Shown here one piece after another: positions 24,560-36,120 of a stretch of 52,803 bases of DNA. The notes beneath the pieces are model-generated. The model was not told the origin of the DNA. It saw only the letters and a program-made list of their open reading frames with translations, and did not search any database. Position 1 is the stretch's first letter; the number at the start of each line of letters is the position of its first letter. Source of the DNA: Chiloscyllium plagiosum (taxonomy: Eukaryota); NCBI RefSeq assembly GCF_004010195.1, contig NC_057719.1, positions 41,175,318-41,228,120 of the forward strand, in the 5' to 3' direction. Position numbers and translations under genes: made by a program.

Positions 24560-25385
24560 GTCATTTAAGTTTTACAGGAATGAAACAACCAACCAATTAA
24601 TAGTGGGCAATGCAAGTCCAGTGGAATGGCAATTGCTGCTGGTTACCTTGGCGTGGTGTATACTTCAAAGTCCTGCTTGTTTTATCGAAGCAGCAAGCAC
24701 ACACCTTGGAAGCTAAGACGGTTCTTTTAGTTATATGGTAGAGTGCCTTGTGACACATGTCAGCTGCTTTTTTCACAACTTTTAACAAAGACATTATCCA
24801 TCAGAGAAAGTCTTGTCATCCATGAACCATTCATTTAATTGACTATCTACCCTGAAGCATCCTTTCCTGAGGAGGAAAACATCAAGGCAATTCTCAGTAA
24901 CCTGATTTTCACATGAATAACTTTTTGTATTCAGCAACAAAAAAATCTGGGCAAGTAAGGAGTGACATCCTCTTTGTTATCGAACTAGAGGAGGTTGATA
25001 CTTTGAGCTCACAATAGTCTATGGGTTCCATCTTATTGCAGTCTATAATTTGAGGCATGCAGCAATGTGGTGAAATTGGATGGCCTTATCAGGCTGCTGC
25101 TAAACTGGATGTTTTCTCCAGGATCCCTAGAGACTGTACCAGTTACTTGATGAATACATAGCTGTATGGTACAATGGCTGATATTGCCCACATTTATGCT
25201 TGACATAAATCTCTATCATAAACGTTGAGTGCTATTGTCACTTTCACAAAAGTACCCAGGCAGATGATCTTGGCAGGTGGTCTTCATGTGGATTCTAGCA
25301 CAAATCAGATCTTTCATTGCCTCTTTCATTGATCACCCTTCTTTTGCAGATAGTCTCAAGTGAAGTCATCATACAATCTGGCTTA
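24560..25385 (-). mobile_element. Decayed PIF/Harbinger (HARBI1-like) transposase
   Basis: Collinear motifs VKVTIALNVY (~25217-25247), CIHQVT (25141-25158), GxHS..Q-like, WFMDDK (WLLGDK position), RTV..KV..CFDKTSRTLKYTP (RFRCLDRSGGxLQYxP position); many stops. Confidence 0.72.
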
Positions 25386-25390
25386 TATGA

Positions 25391-25444
25391 CCATAAGACA
25401 TAGGAGCGGAAGTAAGGCCATTCGGCCCATCGAGTCCACTCCAC
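25391..25444 (-). mobile_element. CR1 3' tail microfragment
   Basis: ccataagacataggagcggaagtaaggccattcggcccatcgag resembles the reverse complement of the 2670-2710 tail. Confidence 0.75.
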
Positions 25445-25506
25445 AACTCCGTAAGTTACTTGGGAAAGCATATGATCATATATGGCACAACATCCTTAAG
25501 CAATGT

Positions 25507-25870
25507 TGTGGTTCTGTTCGCCGAGCTGGGAATTTGTGTTGCAGACGATTCGTCCCCTGTCTAGGTGACATCCTTCGTGCTTGGGAGCCTCCTGTGTAGC
25601 GCTTCTGTGATCTTTCCTCCGGCATTTGTAGTGGTTTGAATCTGCCGCTTCCGGTTGTCAGTTCCAGTTGTCCGTTGCAGTGGTCGGTATATGGGGTCCA
25701 GATCGATGTGCTTATTGATTGAATCTGTGGATGAGTGCCATGCCTCTAGGAATTCCCTGGCTGTTCTCTGTTTGGCTTGTCTATAATAGTAGTGTTGTCC
25801 CAGTCGAATTCATGTTGCTTGTCATCTCTGTGTGTGGCTACTAAGGATAGCTAGTTGTGTCGTTTCGTGG
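25507..25870 (-). mobile_element. 5'-truncated Penelope-like element of a second family, with 12-bp TSD
   Basis: GIY-YIG C-terminal-like KRH..LSLVATH.DDKQHEFDWDNTTII / REFLEAWHSSTDSINKHIDLDPIY; TSD CTTAAGCAATGT at 25495-25506 and 25871-25882. Confidence 0.85.
25541..25580 (-). ncRNA. Minimal hammerhead-like motif with mutated core
   Basis: gca-CGAAGGA-t-gtcacc-tagaca-ggggac-GAAT-cGTC-tgc: stem I gca/tgc and stem II present; core deviates from CUGANGA/GAAA. Confidence 0.65.
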
Positions 25871-26083
25871 CTTAAGCAATGTCTCCTGCCCTTTTCTCTA
25901 TTTTTGCACTACTCCTCTTTTTCCCTATGCCTCCTAAAGCCAGTGAAAGAATTCAGGAATGGGAATTAATGAGAAGCAGTATTCTGATCAACACAAGAAT
26001 CGTCTGAGCAGATCCTGTGAACAGGAATCATTGAACCGCTTTCCCAGTTTTTCCTTCCACCTGTGGAGCACATTGTGAATGCT

Positions 26084-26132
26084 TGTGTGTGTTTGTGTGC
26101 ACGTGTGTGTTTGTGTGTGGGCACGTGTGTGT
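26084..26132. repeat. Degenerate (TG)n microsatellite
   Basis: tgtgtgtgtttgtgtgcacgtgtgtgtttgtgtgtg. Confidence 0.8.
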
Positions 26133-26966
26133 CTATAGAAAGTTCATAATGGGATTCGATTTTTAATGACTGCTTTATATTTTGACAGTTCATAATTGTT
26201 TACCTGTAGCACGAATCTAGTCACCAGTAATAAATAGTAATTCTTGGTAATTATAGAAGCCTGGTCCATGCTTTTTGTCAACCTGAATCTCAAAGAGATT
26301 GGGGAATATTGCATATTTTAAAAAAAGATCTTTAGCTTCTTTGACAACTCCAGGAATAGTTGAGCTTGATTTCTAGGATTATCCCAGTGAGTATTCACAA
26401 TAGTACTGATTCATTTGAGGAAACAAGTTTGAGAATTAATTTGCAACATCCTTTCTGACACAAACACAGCTGTTAAAATGAATACATCTGGTTAATGTCC
26501 ACTCTTCTCAGCAATAATAAATGGATATGATATTAATGTGCTACTTTTAACTATATTTTTCTATGTTTGGTTTGTATCCTGTTCCCTAGTGTTTTAATGT
26601 AGCTTTTGTTTTGTATGAGCGTGAAATTGATGTGATCTTGTGATACTAAAAAGATCCAATATTCTGCTGATGTGAAAGCCTTCCATAACAACAGATTTAA
26701 TGATACCAGGAGATGATGTGATCAACATTTCAGTAACACTAGATCAAAGCTACTTAATAGTTCAGCTGCAGAGTCAACTTGCATTTGCTTCATATTGTAT
26801 GTGGGGAACATCAACCGTCTGTGTTTTTATTGATCAATTTTATGTCTTGCTATTTCTGTACTGAATAATGATTCCTAAAACAAAGGTTCAAACCTTTCTG
26901 TCTAATGCTAGCTGATTCTGCACGATGACAGTGTGTCACTGACAGTCTGCAACACAGCATATTCAT

Positions 26967-27318
26967 GGGGAGGCATTGATATAGTGGTATTATTGTTAGA
27001 CTATTCATCCAGACAGCCTGATAATGTTCTGGGGGCATAGATTCAAGTTTTTCCATGGCAAATGGTGAAATTTGAAATCAATAAATATCTGGAATTAGGA
27101 ACCTAATGATGACTATGAAACAATTGTCAATTGTTGGAAAAACCCATCTGGTTTACTAATGTCCTTTAGGGAAGGCAACTGCCATTCTTACCTGGTCTGG
27201 TCTACATATGACTTCAGACCCACAGCAATGTGGTTGACTCTTAACTGCCCTTTGGGCAATTAGGGATAGGCAAGAAATGTTGGCCTAGCCAACACATCTC
27301 GTGGCTGAATAAAAGAAA
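26967..27318 (+). mobile_element. Full-length tRNA-derived SINE with LINE-shared 3' tail (possibly a Meta-domain SINE)
   Basis: Degenerate A/B boxes; core cccatctggtttactaatgtcctttagggaagg...cttacctggtctgg; tail gggcaattagggataggcaagaaatgttggcctagcc followed by an A-rich end. Confidence 0.78.
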
Positions 27319-27599
27319 TTGAGGGAATCAGTTCATGGTGCCACAAAGTGATGGGCTATAGGGTCTCATGGGCTTTTCTCTCACAATAAGTTCTCAATCA
27401 AGACATGAGTACTGGTTGACAGTGGCAGGCTGAACTGAGTCTGGCAAAAATGGAGGATGAGCAGAAAGAGGTAGATACAAGTGGCAGGTGAGGTGGTCAC
27501 TGGTAAAATGTCTCAGGTTGGGCCCACATGATTTTATATTAAGAAAGAGGCAATGAGAAAATTAGTCAGGGTCAACATCACTTTGTTTTTAAATCACAC

Positions 27600-28180
27600 T
27601 GGCCACTTTTATTTTTTAAGACCCTAGGATAAAATCCATCAGGATCTCAGAACTTGTCATCCTCCAGCTACAACAATTTGCTCAGTATCATTTCCTCAGT
27701 AATGTAATATTCTTGAGTTCCTGCCGTTTTCTGATTTACAGCTATTTTCTGGAATGTTACTTATGTCTGTCATAGTGTAGACTGATGCAAAAGATGTGTT
27801 TAATTCACCTGCCATTTCATTATTTGTCATTATTTATTTCCAAGAATCAGTTTTTATTGGACCAATAACTGCTTTATTAGATGTTTTTCTAAATATCCAT
27901 AGAAATGTTTACTTTTTTTATATATATCCAACTAGCTTTCTCTTGTACTTTATTTTTTTCCCTCCTTGTTAATCTTTTTGTCATTTTTAAAAAACAATTC
28001 TGTCAAATCTTTCAATTTGCTGACCAGCTTTGCACAATTGTATGTTTTCACTTTAAGTTTGGTATTTCCTTTAATTTTTTTTAGATTGTCACAGATGGAG
28101 GCCCTTCTCTTGGAATTTTCTTTCTCTTTGAATTTTCTTGTGTGATTCCCTAAATGCTAGTTCCTGTTTATGTGCCATTT
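27600..28180 (-). mobile_element. Old CR1 ORF2 fragment
   Basis: KF*DPDGFYPR (KSPGPDG motif) and AGELNTSFASV-like segment. Confidence 0.7.
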
Positions 28181-28676
28181 TAAGTTAGAAATTCCACATT
28201 CAATTTTAAAGAATGAATTACTTCAGCGATGTCATGTTTTCTTGGGACTAAATTCATTGGTATTCCAGTATTGACAGGTTCAAATTGTTCCTTCTCCTTC
28301 TAACTTCCTTTTTCTCCTGACTTGCGCCCTCTTATCTCTACCCTTCCACCTTATTGACTCAACCTTTTCCCAGCTTGTGGCCTCCTGATTCTCCTATCTT
28401 GCAGCTTCTTTGTTTGCTCCCCATCATTTGACGACAACTCCTTTTACCCAACCCACAGCAACCAGCCCCTTTCCCCTAAACTCTGTGCAATCTCCTCCTT
28501 TCCCCATCAGCACCTTGCAATCTGCTCCTTTTTTGTCAACCTTCATAGCTTCCTTCTACACCTCCAACTCCTTGCAGTCTCAGCTATACCCCCATGTTCT
28601 TGCAGCTTTCTCCTTTCCCCCACCACGTATTGTTGCCTCCTTCTTTCACCCACCTTTTTCTGCCCCCTGAAGGCTT

Positions 28677-28714
28677 AGTTCCTGATGAAGGGCTTTTGCC
28701 CGAAACGTAGATTT
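28677..28714 (+). ncRNA. Minimal type I hammerhead ribozyme motif (PLE-associated)
   Basis: CTGATGA(28682-88)-A-GGGC-TTTT-GCCC-GAAA(28702-05)-C-GTA; palindromic ACGT in place of stem III; weak stem I agttc/gattt. Confidence 0.78.
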
Positions 28715-28806
28715 TGCTGCTCATCGGAAGCTGCCTGAATTGCTGAGCTCTTCCAGCACCACTGATCCAGAATCTGGTTTCCAGCATCTGCAGTCATTGT
28801 TTTTAC
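28683..28806 (+). mobile_element. Solo PLE terminal-repeat insertion with 9-bp TSD CTTAGTTCC (28674-28682 / 28807-28815)
   Basis: Homologous to the 9092-10852 termini; direct flanking repeat visible. Confidence 0.88.
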
Positions 28807-28971
28807 CTTAGTTCCAGAAGAGCCCAGCAACCCACAGACTCTGGTTCTGAGCTCAGCAATTCTTGGGACCTGGACCAATTTTCACAGCCTTAAGACCCAG
28901 ACCTGAACAATCTGAGGCCCAACCACATGTTTAGTAATCCCTGAGACTCAATTTCACACTTGATAACTTGG

Positions 28972-30443
28972 GTCATAGAGTCATAGAGATGTACAGCATG
29001 GACACAGATCCTTCGGTCCAACTCGTCAATGCTGACCAGATATCCTGACCTAATCTAGTCCCATTTGCCAGCATTTGGCCCATATCCCTCTAAACCCTTC
29101 CTATTCATGAACCCATCCAGATACCTTTTAAATGCTGCAATTGTACCAGCATCCATCACTTCCCCTGGCACCATCCATTGCGTGAAAAATTGCCCCTTTG
29201 GTCCCTTTTAAATCATTCCCTCTCACCCTAAACCTATGCCCTCTAGTTCTGGAGTCCCCCATCCCAGGGAAAAGACCTTGTCTATTTAGCCTGTCCATGC
29301 TCCTCATGGTTTTATCAACCTCTATAAGGTCACCCCTCAGTCTCTAATGCTCCAGAGAAAATAGCCCCTCCCTCTAGCTCAAATCCTCCAACCCTAGCAA
29401 CATCCTTGTAAATCTTTTCTGAACCCTTTCAAGTTTCACAACATCCTTCCGATAGAAAGGAGACCAGAATTGCACACAATATTCCAAAAGTGGCTGAACC
29501 AATGTCCTGCATAGCTGCAACATGACCTCACATCTCCTATACTCAAACTCTAACCAATAAAGGAAAGCATACCAAATGATTTCTTCACTATCCTATCTAC
29601 CTGTGACTCTACTTTCAAGGAACTATGAATCTGCACTCCAGGGTCTCTTAGTTCAGAACCACTCCCTAGGATATTATAATTAAGTGTATAAGTCTTGCTA
29701 AGATTTGCTTTTCCAAAATGCAGTACCTCGCATTTACCTGAATTAAACTCCATCTGCCACTCGTCAGCCCATTGGCCCATCTGATCAAGATCTCGCTGTA
29801 ATTTGAGGTAACCTTCTTCGCTGTCCACTATGCCTACAATTTTGGTTTCATCTGAAAATTTAATAATTATAACTTCCATGTTCACATCTAAATCATTTAT
29901 ATAAATGACGAAAAGTAGAGGAACCAGCACTGATCCTTGTGGCACATCACTGGTCACAGGCCTCCAGTCTGAAAAACAACCCTCCACCACCACCTTTGAG
30001 CCAGTTCTGTACCCAAGTGGCTAGTTCTCCCTGTATTCAATGAGATCTAACCTTGCTAACCAGTTTCCCATGGGGAACCTTGTTGAACGCCTCACTGAAG
30101 TCCTTATAGATCACATCCACCACTCTGCCCTCATCAATCCTCTTTGTTACTTCTTGAAAAAACTCAATCAATTTTGTGAGACATGATTTCCCATGCACAA
30201 AACCATGTTGACTATCCCTAATCAGTCCTTGCCTTTCCAAATGTGTGTAAATCCTGTCCCTCAGGATTCCCTCCAACAACTTGCCTACTACCAATGTCAG
30301 GCTCCCCGGTCCATAGTTCCCTGGCCTTTCCTTACCACTTTCCTTAAATGGTGGCACCACGTTAGTCAACCTCCTGTTTTCCAGCACCTCACCTGTGACT
30401 ATTAATGATACAAATATCTCAGCAAGGGCCCAGCAAAATGTCT
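28972..30443 (-). mobile_element. 5'-truncated CR1 LINE (HER1-like)
   Basis: QHGFVHGKSCLTKLIEFF, VPQGSVLVPLLFVIYINDL, KFSDETK, WQMEFN; gtcatagagtcataga tail. Confidence 0.95.
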
Positions 30444-30890
30444 GAGGCCCAAACCTATGCTCGGTATCCCCTGAGGTCCCAACCCAGCTGACTGTAACCC
30501 CAGCAATTTACTCACCACTGACATTTCAATGTATCCTCCATTCACATCCTGGTTCTCTCCCACCCTTGACGCTGGTAGCCTTACTGTGAAACTATCATTG
30601 GAAAATGTGCGAGACACAACATCACTCATTGGAGTAGGAGCTCCTCACAAATTCTGTCATTCTCATGTATAGAGACAACCTTCTTCAAATTGGTTGCAGA
30701 GAGATGCAGCTACCCAAGCCAGGGTCTCAAATGGTTAGCACCTAGAGCCTGTGTCCTTCAGCAACCCTGGACCCTGGAAGATGCACTATTGGCAGCAGCT
30801 ACTGCCTCCCAAGTGACACTGTTGAGTAAACACAGTTGTTGGCCTCTGATTTGGCTGACAGCTCTTGGGGACAGCATTTCTGCCTCTGTG

Positions 30891-31009
30891 AAGGGCTTAT
30901 GCCCGAAATGTCGATTCTCCTGCTCCTTCGATGCTGCCTGACCTGCTGCGCTTTTCCAGCAACATATTTTTCAGCTTTGATCTCCAGCATCTGCAGTCCT
31001 CACTTTCTC
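30891..31009 (+). mobile_element. Solo PLE terminal-repeat insertion with 11-bp TSD CTGCCTCTGTG (30880-30890 / 31010-31020)
   Basis: aagggcttatgcccgaaatgtcgattctcc...ctgcagtcctcactttctc; begins inside the hammerhead core. Confidence 0.9.
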
Positions 31010-31199
31010 CTGCCTCTGTGGAGAGCCCACCACTAGCTGGTTAATGATTTACACTGTATGTGGTGGGTCTTCACAAGAGCAAGTTTCAAGGTGCTCTCAT
31101 CAGCTTTCCAGCCAGTGTGTAAGACACATGTTGCTCACACTAAATTCTACCCAACATAAGATAACCACCTGCTTGTTTTCTTGGTGAATGGGTAAAATA

Positions 31200-31458
31200 G
31201 AGGAAAGAAGGACCTGCATTTATATCGCTCCAGTTGATCTTACATTATTCCAAAGTGCTTCACCACCTTTGAAGGGCTGTTTAGTTCATCATCAGTGCTG
31301 TATTGTAGGGAAAATGCAGCTGTCAATGAGCATGCAGCAATCTCCCACAATCAGCAACTCCATTGGGATCGGTTAATCTGTTTTTGTGATATTGGTTACG
31401 GGATAAACATTGGCCTGAACACTTTTGAGACTTCCCTGCTCCTCTTCAAATAGTACCA
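31200..31458 (-). mobile_element. Deu-domain SINE (SacSINE1-like), 3' part; resumes at ~33346-33405 after the CR1 insertion
   Basis: L2-type tail ctgcatttatatcgc; ccctgctcctcttcaaatagtacca|...|gtccatctgagaaggcaggtggagcctcaatttatggtttcatctg. Confidence 0.7.
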
Positions 31459-31459
31459 A

Positions 31460-33345
31460 CTAGAACAATATAGCGCAGTACAGGCCCTTTGGCCCTCGAT
31501 GTTGCGCCGATCCAAGCCCACCTAACCTATACTAACCCACTATCCTCCATATACCTATCCAATGCCCGCTTAAATGCCCATAAAGAGGGAGAGTCCACCA
31601 CTGCTGCTGGCAGGGCATTCCATGAACTTACGACTCGCTGAGTGAAGAACCTACCCCTAACATCAGTCCTATATCTACCCCCCCTTAATTTAAAGCTATG
31701 CCCCCTCGTAATAGCTGACTCCATACNNNNNNNNNNNNNNNNNNNNNNCCGCACTATTTACTTGGGTGGCAACTTTCAGAGATCTGTGTACATGGACACC
31801 AAGATCCCTCTGCTCATCCACACTACCAAGTATCCGACCATTAGCCCAGTACCCCATCTTTTTGTTATTTTTCCCAAAGTGAATCACCTCACACTTAGCT
31901 ACATTGTATTCCATTTGCCACCTTTCTGCCCAGCTCTGCAGCTTCTCTATATCCTGCTGTAACCTGCCATATGCTTCCTCACTGTCAACAACTCCTCCGA
32001 CTTTTGTGTCATCCGCAAACTTGCTCACCCAACTTTCTAACCCCTCTTCCAGGTCATTTATAAAAATGACAAACAGCAATGGTCCCAAAACAGATCCTTG
32101 CGGAACACCGCTAGTGACGGCACTCCATGAAGAAACTTTGCCATCAACTACTACCCTCTGTCTTCTTCCATCCAGCCAATTCCTAATCCAAACCTCCAAC
32201 TCACCCTCAATGCCATATCTCTGTATTTTCTGCAGTAGCCTACCATGGGGAGCCTTATCAAACGCCTTACTAAAATCCATATATACCACATCTACCGCTT
32301 TCCCCTCATCAACCTCCTTCGTCACCTTTTCAAAGAATTCAATAAGGTTTGTGAGGCACGACTTGCCCTTCACAAAGCCATGCTGACTATCCTTGTTCAC
32401 ATTATTCCTATCCAGATGTGCATGAATCCTATCCCTTACAATTCTCTCTAAGACTTTGCCCACAACAGAAGTGAGACTCACCGGCCTATAGTTACTAGGG
32501 CTATCCCTACTCCCCTTTTTGAACAAGGGAACCACATTTGCTATCCTCCAGTCTTCTGGGACTACTCCTGTAGACAAAGAGGACATAAAAATTAAGGCCA
32601 ATGGCTCTGCAATCTCCTCCCTTGCTTCCCAGAGAATCCTAGGATAAATGCCATCAGGCCCAGGGGACTTATCTATTTTCACCTTTTCCAGGATTTCCAA
32701 CACCTCTTCTCTACATACCTCAAAGCCATCCATTCTACTTATTTGTGACTCGGTATTCACATCGACGACAATGCCCTGTTCCTGAGTGAATACTGAAGAA
32801 AAGTATTCATTCAGTGTCTCCCCAATCTCTTCCGCCTCCACACGCAACTTCCCACTACTATCCTTGACTGGTCCTATTCCTACCCTAGTCATTCTTTTAT
32901 TCCTAACATACCTATAGAAAGCCTTAGGGTTTTCCCTAATCCTATCTACTAAGGACCTTTCGTGTCCCCTCCTTGCTGCTTTTAGCTCTCTCTTCAGGTC
33001 CTTCCTGGCTACCCTATAACTCTCAATCGTCCCAATTGAACCTTCACGTCTCATCTTGAGATAGGCCGCCCTCTTCCATTTAACAAGGGATTCCAATTCC
33101 TTATTAAACCACGGCTCCCTCGCACGACCCTTTCCTCCCTGCCTGACAGGTACATAATTATCAAGGACACTCAATAGTTGCTCCTTGAACAAGCTCCACA
33201 TATCATTTACACTCTTGCCTTGGAGTCTACTTTTCCAGGCCACACATCCTAAGTCATGCCTCACCGCATCATAATTTCCCTGACCCCAGCTATAACTCTT
33301 GCCCTGCAGTGCACACTTATCCCTCTCCATCACGAGAGTAAAAGT
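31460..33345 (-). mobile_element. Young 5'-truncated CR1 LINE
   Basis: Long uninterrupted ORF2 frame, C-terminal TRGHSFKL..FFTQRVV, 3' UTR; small N gap at 31727-31748. Confidence 0.96.
31749..33333 (-). CDS. CR1 ORF2 reverse transcriptase domain (partial open frame, lacks endonuclease)
   Basis: KSPGPDGIYPRIL, NYRPVSLTS, QHGF, DFSKAFD, GVPQGSVLGP, FADD all intact over ~525 codons. Confidence 0.88.
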
Positions 33346-35649
33346 ACTCTTCGGTCCATCTGAGAAGGCAGGTGGAGCCTCAATTTATGGTTTCATCTGT
33401 AGAAGAATTGAAACAACTGAGATAGGAATTAAGTTATTTTTTAATAATGGATGTGAATCTTTAGATTGAAGTATTATGGCAAAGATTTCAATTATGAAGA
33501 CATCATTTTGAGTGTCAAATCTGATCTAGATCAGATCAGCTTGGGAACATGACAATTTGAGCTCGAATTATAATGCACTGATGATTGCATGCATATGAGT
33601 TGGGAAGTCCTTGAGTATTTAACCAGCTGATATGATATTCCTCAGATAGTATCACCAGTAATCTGTGGTACGACACGTTCTTTCCTTAATTAGAAATTTT
33701 CCTGATCAAATTGCTGAACATATTTAAGTATATACAGTGCCTTAAGTACATGACAAGCACCATTTCACAAATGCACTTCTTGGTTGCACTTCTAGACATG
33801 TCTTTGGGATCTCTGAAAAGGATATTAAGGGTCAGTCTGAAGCTGTAGTGAAGATAAGTCAAACTACATCTCCCACCGGGTGATGGCTGCTGAAAGTACT
33901 TACAATGATTGTGATTAATTTCATCAGTACACAATTTGCTTTCATATTTTCTTCCTTTTCTGTCTGCACAGAGGTAATTTTGTTCTCACAATGAATTCAG
34001 CATGACAGTTTAATTGGCTCAGACAAGCTTAAGTCTGAAATGAATCTTTAATATTAATATGCTATTGACCACAGCTATGGATTAAGCAAACTAAGGGCAG
34101 AGTAAGTGAATGATTGAAAAGGATTTTTGTGGTTAGCTTGAAGATTTACAAACTCATGGTTGATAATCAAGTAAATTATTTTCTCATTCATATGCAGTAT
34201 TTGCATGGGAGTTCTTGGCAGAGCAGTTACCTTTTATAGTGTTTTTTTCTTAAAGACATACGTATCACCTTGTGTTTCCCTATTGCTCAGATATTATTTT
34301 GATCTTTAGAAAATCTATACCTAACACTTGACGACTCTTGGACAATGCACTTTTGCTTCAGAACAACAGCTACTCAAATACACATTTGACAATACCGTGA
34401 TGCCACTGTATTAAAGTTCTAAATAAAAATATTTCACTAGGATTTCCAAAACTTAGTATTTCTATTCGCATTGTGAAATAATAATGCCTAATGTAAAGTT
34501 ACTGCCCACAGGAGACAATAGTCAAGATTCAGCGATAGTATGTATCTCTTTAATATAGCTTTGGATGATTGGCCAATTACGTTTATTTCAAAATTGTTAT
34601 CATATTCTTCTGATATTTATTGGCTGTTTCTTTTCATTCCTACTTTATGGTTAAACATTTGCAAAAATTGAGCTGCATTTGTTTTCTACCTCTAGTCAGC
34701 TAATGCAGATGTCGCATATCAGTGATTGAACAAAAGGAGGAGGCCAGTCATGCATACCAATATACGCTACACCCTCATTAGAACAAGCTCATGAAGAGAC
34801 ATGTGCTCACTGTGCTTTAATGAGGTGCATACTGGAGTGAGGATCTTTTAACACTGCATAGAACACAGCATGAGCAATTTGGTAGCCAGGGCCTGGTAGA
34901 CTTATTAGAATTGGGACAGTGCTGTCACTGGGACCCTTATAATGAGGTGGCATGGAGGAGTTTATCCTGTCCAGGAGGTGCTTATTAGAAATATTCAGTT
35001 TTATTCCATGGGATTTTGTGGTAATTTGTGTGTCTTGCTCAGCATTTGTTGAGAATTTGAAGTTCCAACTGTACAACATGCCAGTTGTCATTTAATGTGC
35101 TGATCCTGATTAGAAATAATCTCACTTCCTCAGGAAGAGATTATTACATCAATCACAGTAAATTTCTGGGGTTCTGTTATTCAGATACAATACTATTAGA
35201 ATGATACTTGCAGCCTGACCAAACATCACCCAAAAATAATCTTTGCTAATGAATCTTCCCATATGAATGGAATGAGTCTTATGATAAATAATACTACAAT
35301 TATTAAACCACATTGTGTTAAGAAATGTGTCAAGCAAAAAACATTGTGACCACAACCATTTTTCTCTAACTGATTGTTGCCATAAAGCAGTGAAGGCAAG
35401 TGGCAAAGCTGAAGCGTTTGCAGCCAAAAGTATGCTGTCCTACTTAACCTCATCCCAAAATCCTCACCTCATAGCTACCAGTATCCAGGTAAGACAGTTC
35501 ACTGCATGTGGTATTAAAGCTGAATATAATAATGAGAATAATGAATCCTACATGAATCACAGAATGTAAAGCAGTTGAACTCCTGTCACAAAACCATTCC
35601 AGTAGAGCCAAGACACTGATATCTAGGCCTACTGTTTGGAAAATTATCA

Positions 35650-36120
35650 AGTTGTCCTTTGTTGAGGAAGTTGTTTTAGGGAGTGCATTATGGACGGATA
35701 TTGAAGAAGTGGATGTGTTCAGAAAGAAGGTAATTGGGGGCCTAAGAAGCTAAAAGAACACGCACCAAAGGTGGGACAAGGTGAGAGAGGTACACAAGTT
35801 TGGAGCCTGATTAACAGGGACTGTAGGAACTTGGTGGTGGAGTTATGGTGCCAGAGGAGGTTACAGCCAAATATAAAATTAATGCTATGGTGGACCAGAA
35901 ATTATGTTAGCATAAACAGTAGAGATTAGTCTTTACAGGCCTTTGAATGATCTAATAGTTATGGAGGGCAGAGAATAGATGGCCAGTCAACAGAGCATTA
36001 AAATATTTGACTGTGAAGGATACAGACATAGATTGGAAAGTGTTTTGGAGGAGTAGATTTGCTAAGGTGGGGGCAGAGGACTACGATATTAGAAAAGTAG
36101 GCAGTCTTTGTGATAATCAA
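35650..36120 (-). mobile_element. Very old L2-like remnant
   Basis: Composition and spaced similarity to 22230-22560. Confidence 0.35.

Noticed and set aside
31904..32451. Plus-strand 160-aa and 68-aa ORFs
   Set aside because: Antisense shadow frames of the CR1 RT.
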